64,000 nt of DNA from assembly GCA_963722385.1 (NCBI GenBank), contig CAVRKK010000001.1, positions 192,001-256,000 of the forward strand, read 5' to 3'. The number at the start of each line of letters is the position of its first letter. The first letter of the stretch is position 1. Of this stretch, positions 18,824-26,523 are shown piece after piece. Source of the stretch: an uncultured bacterium. GTDB taxonomy: Bacteria > Babelota > Babeliae > Babelales > Babelaceae. The notes under the pieces were generated by a model. The model saw nothing but the letters and a program-made list of their open reading frames with translations, made no database searches and was not told the DNA's origin. A program made the position numbers and the translations under genes.

Positions 18824-20154
18824 ATAATCACACGATCATTACCACTCATGCTCATCCTTGTAATTGGCGCCAACCAGAGACATTTGACCCGCTCATCCAA
18901 AGCATCGGCGACGCACGTGTTGTCATGTTAGGCGAGGCCTCGCATGGCACTCATGAATTTTACGAAGCGCGCGCCACATTAACAAAGCGGCTTGTGCAAG
19001 AAAAAGAATTTAACATGCTGGCAATCGAAGGCGACTGGCCTGACGCATACACCGTTCACCGATATATTCATGGCCAGCACGGCTCGAGCGAGAGCCCACG
19101 TGGAGCACTTGCCGATTTCGAGCGCTTTCCCTCATGGATGTGGCGTAACACTGAGATGGTCAAGCTCATTGCCTGGCTTCAGTCTTTTAACACAAGCACG
19201 GGCGCCCGGCACCAGGTCGACTTTTGCGGGCTCGACCTCTATAGCATGCACCGCTCTATGCAAGCAGTCATCGACTATCTTGAAACCGTTGATCCTCGCG
19301 CGGCCCAACGCGCTCGTGATCGTTATGGTTGTATTAACGCTTATAGCTCAACTCCTCAAGAATATGGCTACTTTGCTTCCATGAATAGTGCCTACTCCTG
19401 CGAGAAACAGGTGGCCGAGCAACTTGCCGAACTGCATCAGCAAGCTTTCGAGCGAGTTAAGCAGGCCGGCTTTGTAGGAAATGACGAGCTCTTTTACGCG
19501 CAGCAAAATGCACTCGTTGTAAAAAATGCTGAGCACTACTACCGCTCGCTCTTCGGATCGGGGGATGCTCATTCCTGGAACGTGCGGGACCGCCACATGT
19601 TTGAGAGCTTGCTGGCCCTTATTGCACATCGTGAAGCACAAGGCCATGCTGCAAAAGTAATTGTGTGGGCGCATAACTCCCATATCGGCAATGCGCATGC
19701 AACTCAAATGGCGCGTTATGGAGAGCTCAATATTGGGCAACTCGCGCGCGAGTCCTTTAAGGACGCTGCATTTCTTGTTGGCTTTACGACGTATAAGGGA
19801 ACGGTATCAGCAGCTTCACAATGGGGAGGCGAAGTAGAGCGCAAGCACGTACGGCGGGCCCTGAAAGATAGCTTTGAAGACCTCTTTCACCATATGCCCC
19901 TACAAGACTTCTTGCTTATTATACGTAACAATCATGACGTAGAACGGATTCTGCGCCCTCAAAGGCTTGAGCGTGCTATTGGCGTTATTTACCAACCACA
20001 AACTGAGCGTCAAAGCCATTACTTTTACGCAAGCATGGCCGATCAGTTCGACGCCGTCATACATTTTGATGAAACCCATGCTGTTGAGCCGCTTGATCGC
20101 ACAACTTTGTGGGAAGAAGGTGAGTTCCCAGAAACATATCCTTCGGGAATGTAG
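18820..20154 (+). CDS. Erythromycin esterase family protein
   Basis: LGEASHGTHEFY, EGDWPD, FPSWMWRN, GLDLYS, WNVRDRHM, VWAHNSHIG, ERAIGVIY, ETYPSG; start set at the ATGA overlap with prs. Confidence 0.92.
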   Translation: MNNHTIITTHAHPCNWRQPETFDPLIQSIGDARVVMLGEASHGTHEFYEARATLTKRLVQEKEFNMLAIEGDWPDAYTVHRYIHGQHGSSESPRGALADFERFPSWMWRNTEMVKLIAWLQSFNTSTGARHQVDFCGLDLYSMHRSMQAVIDYLETVDPRAAQRARDRYGCINAYSSTPQEYGYFASMNSAYSCEKQVAEQLAELHQQAFERVKQAGFVGNDELFYAQQNALVVKNAEHYYRSLFGSGDAHSWNVRDRHMFESLLALIAHREAQGHAAKVIVWAHNSHIGNAHATQMARYGELNIGQLARESFKDAAFLVGFTTYKGTVSAASQWGGEVERKHVRRALKDSFEDLFHHMPLQDFLLIIRNNHDVERILRPQRLERAIGVIYQPQTERQSHYFYASMADQFDAVIHFDETHAVEPLDRTTLWEEGEFPETYPSGM

Positions 20155-20264
20155 CATGGTAAAAATATCGGTTGACATTTTAGCCTTATTAGTTAAAAAT
20201 AAAATTTAGCAAATCGTCATTTTTTGCAATTTACTGGTTTTATAATTTATTAGAAGGAAAAGCT

Positions 20265-20666
20265 ATGAACAAAAAACTTTTCATAGCACTGATATTAAGC
20301 AGTGTTTCTGGATTCGTAATCGCTGCCAAGCATCACAAGGAAACTCAAAATCCCTCGTCACAAAAAACAGAAAATCCACTTGCTCACCTCATGGCTATTT
20401 TGCCTGACCGTGTGATCCAAAAGTTGGTAGCGGGCGAAGCTCTTCCGCAACGCTGGCTAAAAGATCTCGAAGAAAGTGCAGCGACATTTCCGAAAGAAAT
20501 TATGAAAGCGTTTCGCGAAGGTAAAGGATTGCCTGAACATTGGCGACGCGACCTCGAAGAAGTTGTGGAATGGCAAAAAGTTGATGAGATAATGAACGCC
20601 CTAGCAGAAGCAAACAAAGAGAAAGGCCCCCGAACCCTGCCGAGAAAAGGGTGGTTATCGTCGTAG
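20265..20666 (+). CDS. Secreted hypothetical protein with two ~29-aa tandem repeats
   Basis: AAGGA RBS; signal peptide; LPDRVIQKLVAGEALPQRWLKDLEE vs FPKEIMKAFREGKGLPEHWRRDLEE. Confidence 0.8.
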   Translation: MNKKLFIALILSSVSGFVIAAKHHKETQNPSSQKTENPLAHLMAILPDRVIQKLVAGEALPQRWLKDLEESAATFPKEIMKAFREGKGLPEHWRRDLEEVVEWQKVDEIMNALAEANKEKGPRTLPRKGWLSS

Positions 20667-20719
20667 AATATTGGGATACTCGACTTTTATAAGTATATTA
20701 AAGAAGACTAAGCGTCAGA

Positions 20720-20747
20720 AGGGGGCTCATAATGAGCCCCCTCTTTT
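20720..20747 (+). terminator. Intrinsic terminator
   Basis: AGGGGGCTCA-taa-TGAGCCCCCT stem followed by CTTTT downstream of 20265-20666. Confidence 0.75.
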
Positions 20748-20845
20748 CTGCTTGATCGCGTTAAATGTTGATTTTTTAAGTTTCTATTTGATAATATTAA
20801 ATCAAATTAGAATATTATTTAATACTAACACAGGTCGAGGGGAAT

Positions 20846-21067
20846 ATGCTTTATAAATTTGAAACATGCGCGCTTATCGTGGCGCTGTGCGTTATTGCCT
20901 TAGGCTATGGCAAGACATATACGCAGCAATGCACCTTGCTCAACGAAGGCAAGAAATGCGTTTATCTTAATGGCAGAAACGAGTCCGCCACGGGCACCTG
21001 CAGAATACGATCTTGTACGGTTAAAGGTCGGCCTCCGATGCCCTGCGCCGTGTGCTCACCAATATAA
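20846..21067 (+). CDS. Small secreted cysteine-rich protein
   Basis: GAGGGG RBS; hydrophobic signal; 6 Cys in the ~50-aa mature part. Confidence 0.65.
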   Translation: MLYKFETCALIVALCVIALGYGKTYTQQCTLLNEGKKCVYLNGRNESATGTCRIRSCTVKGRPPMPCAVCSPI

Positions 21068-21101
21068 CTTATCGAATAGAATTTGCTTGATAAGGAGCGA
21101 T

Positions 21102-21644
21102 ATGAAAAAATTTATTTTACTGGCATTACTGACTATTTACGGTGACGGACTTCTCGCTCAGAGCATGGGCTTCGGGCCAATTGACGGACCCACGGAGGGA
21201 TCGATTAGCTCGGGTATACATTCCGGACCATTCGGCTATGGATATCCAATAGATACCCCGAGAACCACCCACGATGGCGGATTAGCAAGTACCGGCGCTG
21301 GCTACGCAACTGGGCTCGGACCTCAAGAAGATATGTTGAGCTCTGGTCCAGAGGCGACAATGGGGTTACCTGCAGCGTATGAGCCAGATTTCTATGATCG
21401 GTTAGGACTTTCTGAGGAAAGTTCCGGTTATCCTATGGATGTCGATAGGAACTTTGATGATAATAACGGATCTGATGGAATGCAGCCTATGGCTCGTAGT
21501 CGATTTGCTTGGGGTGAGGAAGAATTGTCAAGGAGAAGAAGCTACTGCTGCCGTAAAAGAGCGCGTTGTTGCAAAAGGAGACACTGTCACGGCAAAGGAG
21601 CGCACTGTAAATGCAGCAGAAGAGCTCTTTGTAGCTGTAGGTAA
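21102..21644 (+). CDS. Secreted low-complexity protein with Arg/Cys-rich C-terminal tail
   Basis: Start moved to ATG 21102 (TAAGGAG RBS; MKKFILLALLTIYGDGLLA); G/P/D-rich body; RRRSYCCRKRARCCKRRHCH tail. Confidence 0.75.
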   Translation: MKKFILLALLTIYGDGLLAQSMGFGPIDGPTEGSISSGIHSGPFGYGYPIDTPRTTHDGGLASTGAGYATGLGPQEDMLSSGPEATMGLPAAYEPDFYDRLGLSEESSGYPMDVDRNFDDNNGSDGMQPMARSRFAWGEEELSRRRSYCCRKRARCCKRRHCHGKGAHCKCSRRALCSCR

Positions 21645-21750
21645 TACAACAAGGCGTAAAAAACCGAGTATGTTAGCAAACTCTTGCTCTCGGCAGCAAT
21701 GACCCGGTAAAATTATTACATAAGAGAATAATCATTGTAAAAAGAGGAGA

Positions 21751-22116
21751 ATGGCAATGGCTATAAAGCTGAACGAGGCAGGCTTCGAGCACGCTAAAGA
21801 GCTTATAAGTGGTGGCTTAGAAGTAGAACGAAGAGCCGACAACTGGAATGCTCACAAAGCTACCGCTGACGAAGTAGCTAAATTTCTTGAGACCCATTAC
21901 CTAGAAGAATATGGGCTTTGGTTTCTTGGTATCGATACGGAAGCACCTGAAAATTCAAAGGACCGCTATGTCTTCCCCTACGGCGACTTAAAAATTGTTC
22001 ATAAGGGTGCGTTAATCGTTGCTGAAGAAGAGGCCGCGCGCAAGGGAGCAAAAGAAGTTCAAGAAGTTGCTAAAACCTTATTGGACCTTATCAACAAAAG
22101 CAAAGAGCAGCGTTAA
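21751..22116 (+). CDS. Conserved hypothetical protein
   Basis: GAGGAG RBS; EYGLWFLGID...YVFPYGD...VH pattern resembles a widespread uncharacterised family (from memory, not searched). Confidence 0.8.
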   Translation: MAMAIKLNEAGFEHAKELISGGLEVERRADNWNAHKATADEVAKFLETHYLEEYGLWFLGIDTEAPENSKDRYVFPYGDLKIVHKGALIVAEEEAARKGAKEVQEVAKTLLDLINKSKEQR

Positions 22117-23411
22117 TCTTCGTGCTTTTTTTGGTGAAAACGTAGCAAAAACATGCTAAGTCCCAAGAGGATAATGAAACCGAAATAGAGGGTAGGCCGA
22201 GCGCCATATTCCATGATATTTTTATGGTAGCCGAGCGCCAAAAGCAAGCAGCTGAAAAGTGCCAAAACCGCGGTCAGCTCTATGCGTGATCGTAAGCGCC
22301 ACATAAGCATGAGAAATGCTGCCGTGCTCACCGTGTAGGTGATCATCATACCAAGTGAGCATATCTGTTGAAGAGGAACCAAGCTTCCTCGAAATGCTAT
22401 CAGATAAAGAAGTACCGTAAGCCCTTCAGCTAAAACGCATACAAAAGGAGCTTTGTACCGATTGAAGGAGGTTAGCGCCCGACCAGCAAAGGTATACCCG
22501 GCCTGAGCGAGTGCAAAAAGATTCCATGCGTTACTATACATAATGCCATACGCCGCGCCGAGCGATGACGTCGCAATCCCCACATTGAGCAGGAAGAAAA
22601 TGAACTGATGTAATCCATGCGGGGAAGCAAAAAGCTTATTGAGCAAGGCCGGAAAGGCTTGGCTATAGTCAGCGAGTATGCCCAAGCGAGGAAGCGCGAT
22701 AAAGAACAATGTTTGAAAAAGTACGGCGATACAGACGCCAAGAGCATACGAAATGATAAGCGCGCGTGGCCCGTTTCGCTCAGGGTCTTCCATAGTCCTA
22801 CTCAGCGAGCAGCACGCTTCAAAACCGGTAAAAGCATAGAGCACAAAAGGCAGGGTGCCAACGAGATTGGAAAAAATAAGGTGCTGGCCAGTCAAGGAAG
22901 CACCTGAAAAAAAGTAGATGCCCGCACCAATAGCACAGAAAATCGGCATGAGCTTGACGAGCAGAAATCCATATTGGATTACTCTTCCAATCCGCAAATT
23001 AAGCATATTGAGGGCGGTAAAAAGCAGCACGATAGCACCATCGAATACTATGCTTGGTACCGTCGATAGCCCGGGGACAAGCTGGCTGATAAGCGTCGAA
23101 AAAACATGAATACCTAAGGAAGCCGACGCAAGCTTTGCGGTAAAATAGGACCAACCTGATAAGAAGCCAGCCATCGGGTGCATTATTGCGCCAAAGTCAT
23201 AAAAGGTGCCACCCTTATGGTATTTCAGCAACCGGGCGAAGGTGATAATAAGGGGAAGTAGCATTATCCCCATTATAAGGTACGCTGCTCCTCCAAAAGG
23301 GCCTGCATTACGGGCCAAGAGCACGGTATTTACAAATATACCCGATCCTATCATTATATTGATATTTACGAGGATAGCAGCGGGCAAGGATAAAGCGTAA
23401 CTTTTAGCCAT
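22113..23411 (-). CDS. APC-family amino acid permease
   Basis: MIGSGIF in TM1, YAFTGFE in TM6, ~12 hydrophobic segments. Confidence 0.9.
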   Translation of the reverse strand: MAKSYALSLPAAILVNINIMIGSGIFVNTVLLARNAGPFGGAAYLIMGIMLLPLIITFARLLKYHKGGTFYDFGAIMHPMAGFLSGWSYFTAKLASASLGIHVFSTLISQLVPGLSTVPSIVFDGAIVLLFTALNMLNLRIGRVIQYGFLLVKLMPIFCAIGAGIYFFSGASLTGQHLIFSNLVGTLPFVLYAFTGFEACCSLSRTMEDPERNGPRALIISYALGVCIAVLFQTLFFIALPRLGILADYSQAFPALLNKLFASPHGLHQFIFFLLNVGIATSSLGAAYGIMYSNAWNLFALAQAGYTFAGRALTSFNRYKAPFVCVLAEGLTVLLYLIAFRGSLVPLQQICSLGMMITYTVSTAAFLMLMWRLRSRIELTAVLALFSCLLLALGYHKNIMEYGARPTLYFGFIILLGLSMFLLRFHQKKHED

Positions 23412-23555
23412 AATGCGTTTCTTGCGAAGTTAAAACTGGTTGGCGCCTAAGTATTAATACTACCTGAAAGCTTGGTTAAATAAAAGAGGCGCTAAGTATT
23501 GCATGTCCGAGCGTGCCCGTTATATAGTAAGCGAGACGACCTAACAAGCATGATT

Positions 23556-24638
23556 ATGAAAAAAATTCTCATAGCCCTACTTTTTATCTACCAGCCGGTT
23601 GCAAGCTGCATTACGCCACGCAAGAGAGCGTTTCGGATTGGGTACTGGGGTACCTCTAACATTGCGTGCGGCATTGCAATGTATACCACTCATCAGGCAG
23701 ATGCGCTGCGCCGCCGGGGCTATATGGTCTTTACCTATGGGCATTTTATACGCGGGCAAGCATTGATTCATAGTATTTCTAACGACAAGATAAACCTTCT
23801 TAATATACAATATGAGTCCAAGATCATGCCAGTTCTCCCAGAGCTTTTAGAAACAATTCTGAAAGTCAAGGCAAGCGGAGTTAAGGTTATAGTGACGGTG
23901 CATGAGGAAACGAGCGCGGTGGTAGAGCTTGTAAAGGTTTGCGATCGAATAATTTACCATAAAAAGCCAATGTTGATCAGTCAGAAAAACAGAAAGCTGA
24001 GCATGTTGCCGATGGGAGTTCCTCTCTTTGGGCCTACAGCGAGCAAAGGTGCCTTAAGAAAAAAATATGGCTACTCGAACAACCAGATTATCATTACGAC
24101 GACGGGTTTTATGCTACCCTATAAGCAGCAGCCGGAGCTCTTGGAGGCTTTGGCGCCATTTTTACAAAGAAATGACCGCTATCGGCTGCAAATGCTTACG
24201 TCGTTTACCTCCCGTGCGCCTGAATATTGTAAGCACGTTAATGAGCGCATCAAGGCAGTTATTGCTCAGTATAAGCTCGCGGGCAAGGTTGCTCACGTGA
24301 CATCATTTTTGCCGCAGCACGTTTTAACGGAAAGGCTGTATCTGTCAGACCTTGGCTATTTATGGATGAATGACGATTATCCATCGACCTCCGCCTCTGC
24401 TAAAGAGTATATTGCCGCCCGCTTGCCTCTTATTATTCCTTTCTCATCGCATTTTCATGATATGAAGCAGGGGATTATTCGTGTTGATCTCCCTATCAAG
24501 GATTTTGCCGCAAAAATAATTGAGGTTGCTGCGCGCAAGCAGGTGCTCGAGCAGTTGCGCGCACAGCTCGAGGGTGCTTATAAGCGGCTGAATTACGATG
24601 AGCTGATAGGCGAGTATTTAAAAGTGATGAAAAAGTAA
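23556..24638 (+). CDS. GT-B (GT4-like) glycosyltransferase with N-terminal signal-like segment
   Basis: CGIAMYT, VIVTVHE, PMGVP, TTGFMLPYK, ARLPLII motifs; start moved to MKKILIALL. Confidence 0.75.
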   Translation: MKKILIALLFIYQPVASCITPRKRAFRIGYWGTSNIACGIAMYTTHQADALRRRGYMVFTYGHFIRGQALIHSISNDKINLLNIQYESKIMPVLPELLETILKVKASGVKVIVTVHEETSAVVELVKVCDRIIYHKKPMLISQKNRKLSMLPMGVPLFGPTASKGALRKKYGYSNNQIIITTTGFMLPYKQQPELLEALAPFLQRNDRYRLQMLTSFTSRAPEYCKHVNERIKAVIAQYKLAGKVAHVTSFLPQHVLTERLYLSDLGYLWMNDDYPSTSASAKEYIAARLPLIIPFSSHFHDMKQGIIRVDLPIKDFAAKIIEVAARKQVLEQLRAQLEGAYKRLNYDELIGEYLKVMKK

Positions 24639-24659
24639 AAAACTGAACGTTCGACAAAA

Positions 24660-25015
24660 TCGCGTACGGCTGACGGAACAGAGCGAATTGAATTGAAATT
24701 GAATCGCCTGCCCGGCTGGGGGCTAAGGGACATCGTCCCTTAGCAAATCCCCAAAGCGTTATGCTTACAGGCTTGGTGTGTGTAGTTATCGTTCGCCAAA
24801 GCGCACGATAACTTACGCCATTATCATGTGCGCTACGCTTCATGATAAAAATCTATTTTCCGTCAGGAAAATTGCGGTAGCCATAATCATGCGCCACGCA
24901 TGGTTATGGCATTGAAAAAGAAAAGACAGAGCATATGCTACTACACATATTGGTGTGGGTGCAGGGCCGCTGCCCTGCCGCTCGACGCGGAGTCGCCCCA
25001 GCCGGGCAGGCGATT
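24660..25015 (+). repeat. Dispersed multi-hairpin repeat element, copy 1 (MITE-like or structured RNA)
   Basis: 24660-24881 is a near-identical reverse complement of 32071-32290; homology continues to 24996; a 20-bp perfect inverted repeat at 24702-24721 and 24996-25015; at least 6 hairpins. Confidence 0.9.
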
Positions 25016-25063
25016 TACTCTATTTCGCTTTGTGCGCGGAGACGCCATTTTACGTAATTCGGC

Positions 25064-26011
25064 TCACGCTTGCTTACTTCGCGCGCGTGCCTGCAGTTCG
25101 CCCTGGAAAAAAAGATAAAGCCCAACCGTGATACCGACGATGGCAAAGTAATGCTGCCACCTAAGCCCCTCATGTAAGAAAATATAACCGTAGAGAGCAC
25201 CAAAAAGCGGCGATAGAAAGCCAGCGCAGGCAACAAAATTTAGCGAGTAATACTTGAGCAGCCAGCCGTACAAATTATATACGACAACATTAGAGATCAG
25301 AATTAGGCCGGCAACCGTTATGATAAAAAAGCGCATGTTAGTGATCGGCGCGACTCCTGGCTGCCGGAAGAAATACCACGTAACAAAACTCATGATACCA
25401 CCAGCAAGCATAGCAAACCCATTAATCGTCGCAAGCGAATAGCCACGATTCATTAAGTCTTTAATAATAAACCATGCATAGGCACCCGATATAATCGACA
25501 TAAGAAGCACAAGCTCAGGAACAGAAAAAGATAAAAGATCCGTACATCCCGCCTCGCCTCTGGTCATTAAAGGTAATAGCCCAATAAATGCACAGCAGGC
25601 CCCGGCTAAGGATAATCGAGTAACTCTTGTTTTGTAGAGCAAGAACGAAAATATCATAGCAACGAAGGGAGTAGTCGCGTACATAATATTGACCTTAATT
25701 GACGAAACGAATTGTAAAGCCCAAAACTCTGGCACAAACGATAAATATATATGAAAAAAGGTTACGCGACCAAAATCAACGAGGTCCCGGAGGCTTGGCC
25801 GAAAGACCATGCGGTTCTTTATTGCGTAAAAGCCTAACAACAGGCAACCAGAAACAACCATCCGTGCTCCAATCAAAAAGAGCGGATCAGCATAAGCCAC
25901 AGCAGCCTTGCCAAGCGTAAAGGTGAGCGCAAGAAGGGCATACAATAGGACAACTAAAAACACGACAGGCCCCCAGGCAATTAAGAATGTTGCGATCGAC
26001 AAGCATCCCAC
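25064..26011 (-). CDS. DMT/EamA family transporter
   Basis: About 10 TM helices in two EamA halves (DPLFLIGARMVVSG, TTPFVA, FLSPLFGALYGYIFLHE); start uncertain. Confidence 0.88.
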   Translation of the reverse strand: MGCLSIATFLIAWGPVVFLVVLLYALLALTFTLGKAAVAYADPLFLIGARMVVSGCLLLGFYAIKNRMVFRPSLRDLVDFGRVTFFHIYLSFVPEFWALQFVSSIKVNIMYATTPFVAMIFSFLLYKTRVTRLSLAGACCAFIGLLPLMTRGEAGCTDLLSFSVPELVLLMSIISGAYAWFIIKDLMNRGYSLATINGFAMLAGGIMSFVTWYFFRQPGVAPITNMRFFIITVAGLILISNVVVYNLYGWLLKYYSLNFVACAGFLSPLFGALYGYIFLHEGLRWQHYFAIVGITVGLYLFFQGELQARARSKQA

Positions 26012-26111
26012 ATGCTTAACGCGTCATGCTCTAGTATAAAACATTTTAATACTAGGCGCGAATTGTTTTGCCGCAGGCACCCTGGGATATTGTGGTAGGC
26101 ATAGTAAAGAC

Positions 26112-26300
26112 TTAGCGGGCGCGCCGGTGCTGGCGATCACCAGGGAACTTTTGATGCGCAGCTCGGTAATTATCGACTTTGTCATCGCTGTGGCCATGCT
26201 GATGTGCTCTCTTTTTCCGCTCGGCATCGAGTGAGCGCATAATTTTGCGTAGCCTGCTTTTGATCGTTCTCGATGTTGCGATTTTTCCTCTATCGGCCAT
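26112..26300 (-). CDS. Small basic (Arg/Lys/His-rich) hypothetical protein
   Basis: AAAGGTGA RBS just before ATG; 62 aa; preferred over the overlapping 99-aa frame, which lacks an RBS. Confidence 0.55.
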   Translation of the reverse strand: MADRGKIATSRTIKSRLRKIMRSLDAERKKRAHQHGHSDDKVDNYRAAHQKFPGDRQHRRAR

Positions 26301-26431
26301 AATTCACCTTTTATTTCATCCATAGATCAAGTATAGTAAAAAGTCGAGCGCGGTTTCAAGACTTTCTTTGTTGCAGAGAGCCAGGGAGCGATAGATCAGC
26401 CGAAGCAGAAAGCCGATCATTTATTATCGAG

Positions 26432-26460
26432 TTGACTTCAAAATATAAATGCTTTAAATT
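26432..26460 (+). promoter_or_regulatory. Putative sigma70 promoter of the ankyrin gene
   Basis: TTGACT-17 nt-TAAATT. Confidence 0.45.
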
Positions 26461-26523
26461 GTTTAACGATACCTGCATTTTTTAAGTTAGCAAGTTAAAA
26501 CAAGCACATTCAAGGCATTGATC

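Noticed and set aside
18820..20154. Macrolide resistance gene (ereA/ereB)
   Set aside because: Belongs to the broad esterase-like family linked to PRTases; no evidence for resistance function
24496..25118. ORFs 24496-24843, 24900-25118, 31667-32089, 32153-32596 and 43531-43749
   Set aside because: Lie in or run through the hairpin repeats, no convincing RBS; shared peptides simply reflect the DNA repeat
26024..26323. 99-aa ORF on the minus strand
   Set aside because: No RBS; the nested 62-aa frame has a good RBS and coherent composition
26385..26406. GGAGCG..GATCAG(G)CCGAAGC, also at 63783-63803, resembling part of a glycine riboswitch
   Set aside because: Lacks the CTCTCAGG half and supporting stems; short match could be chance
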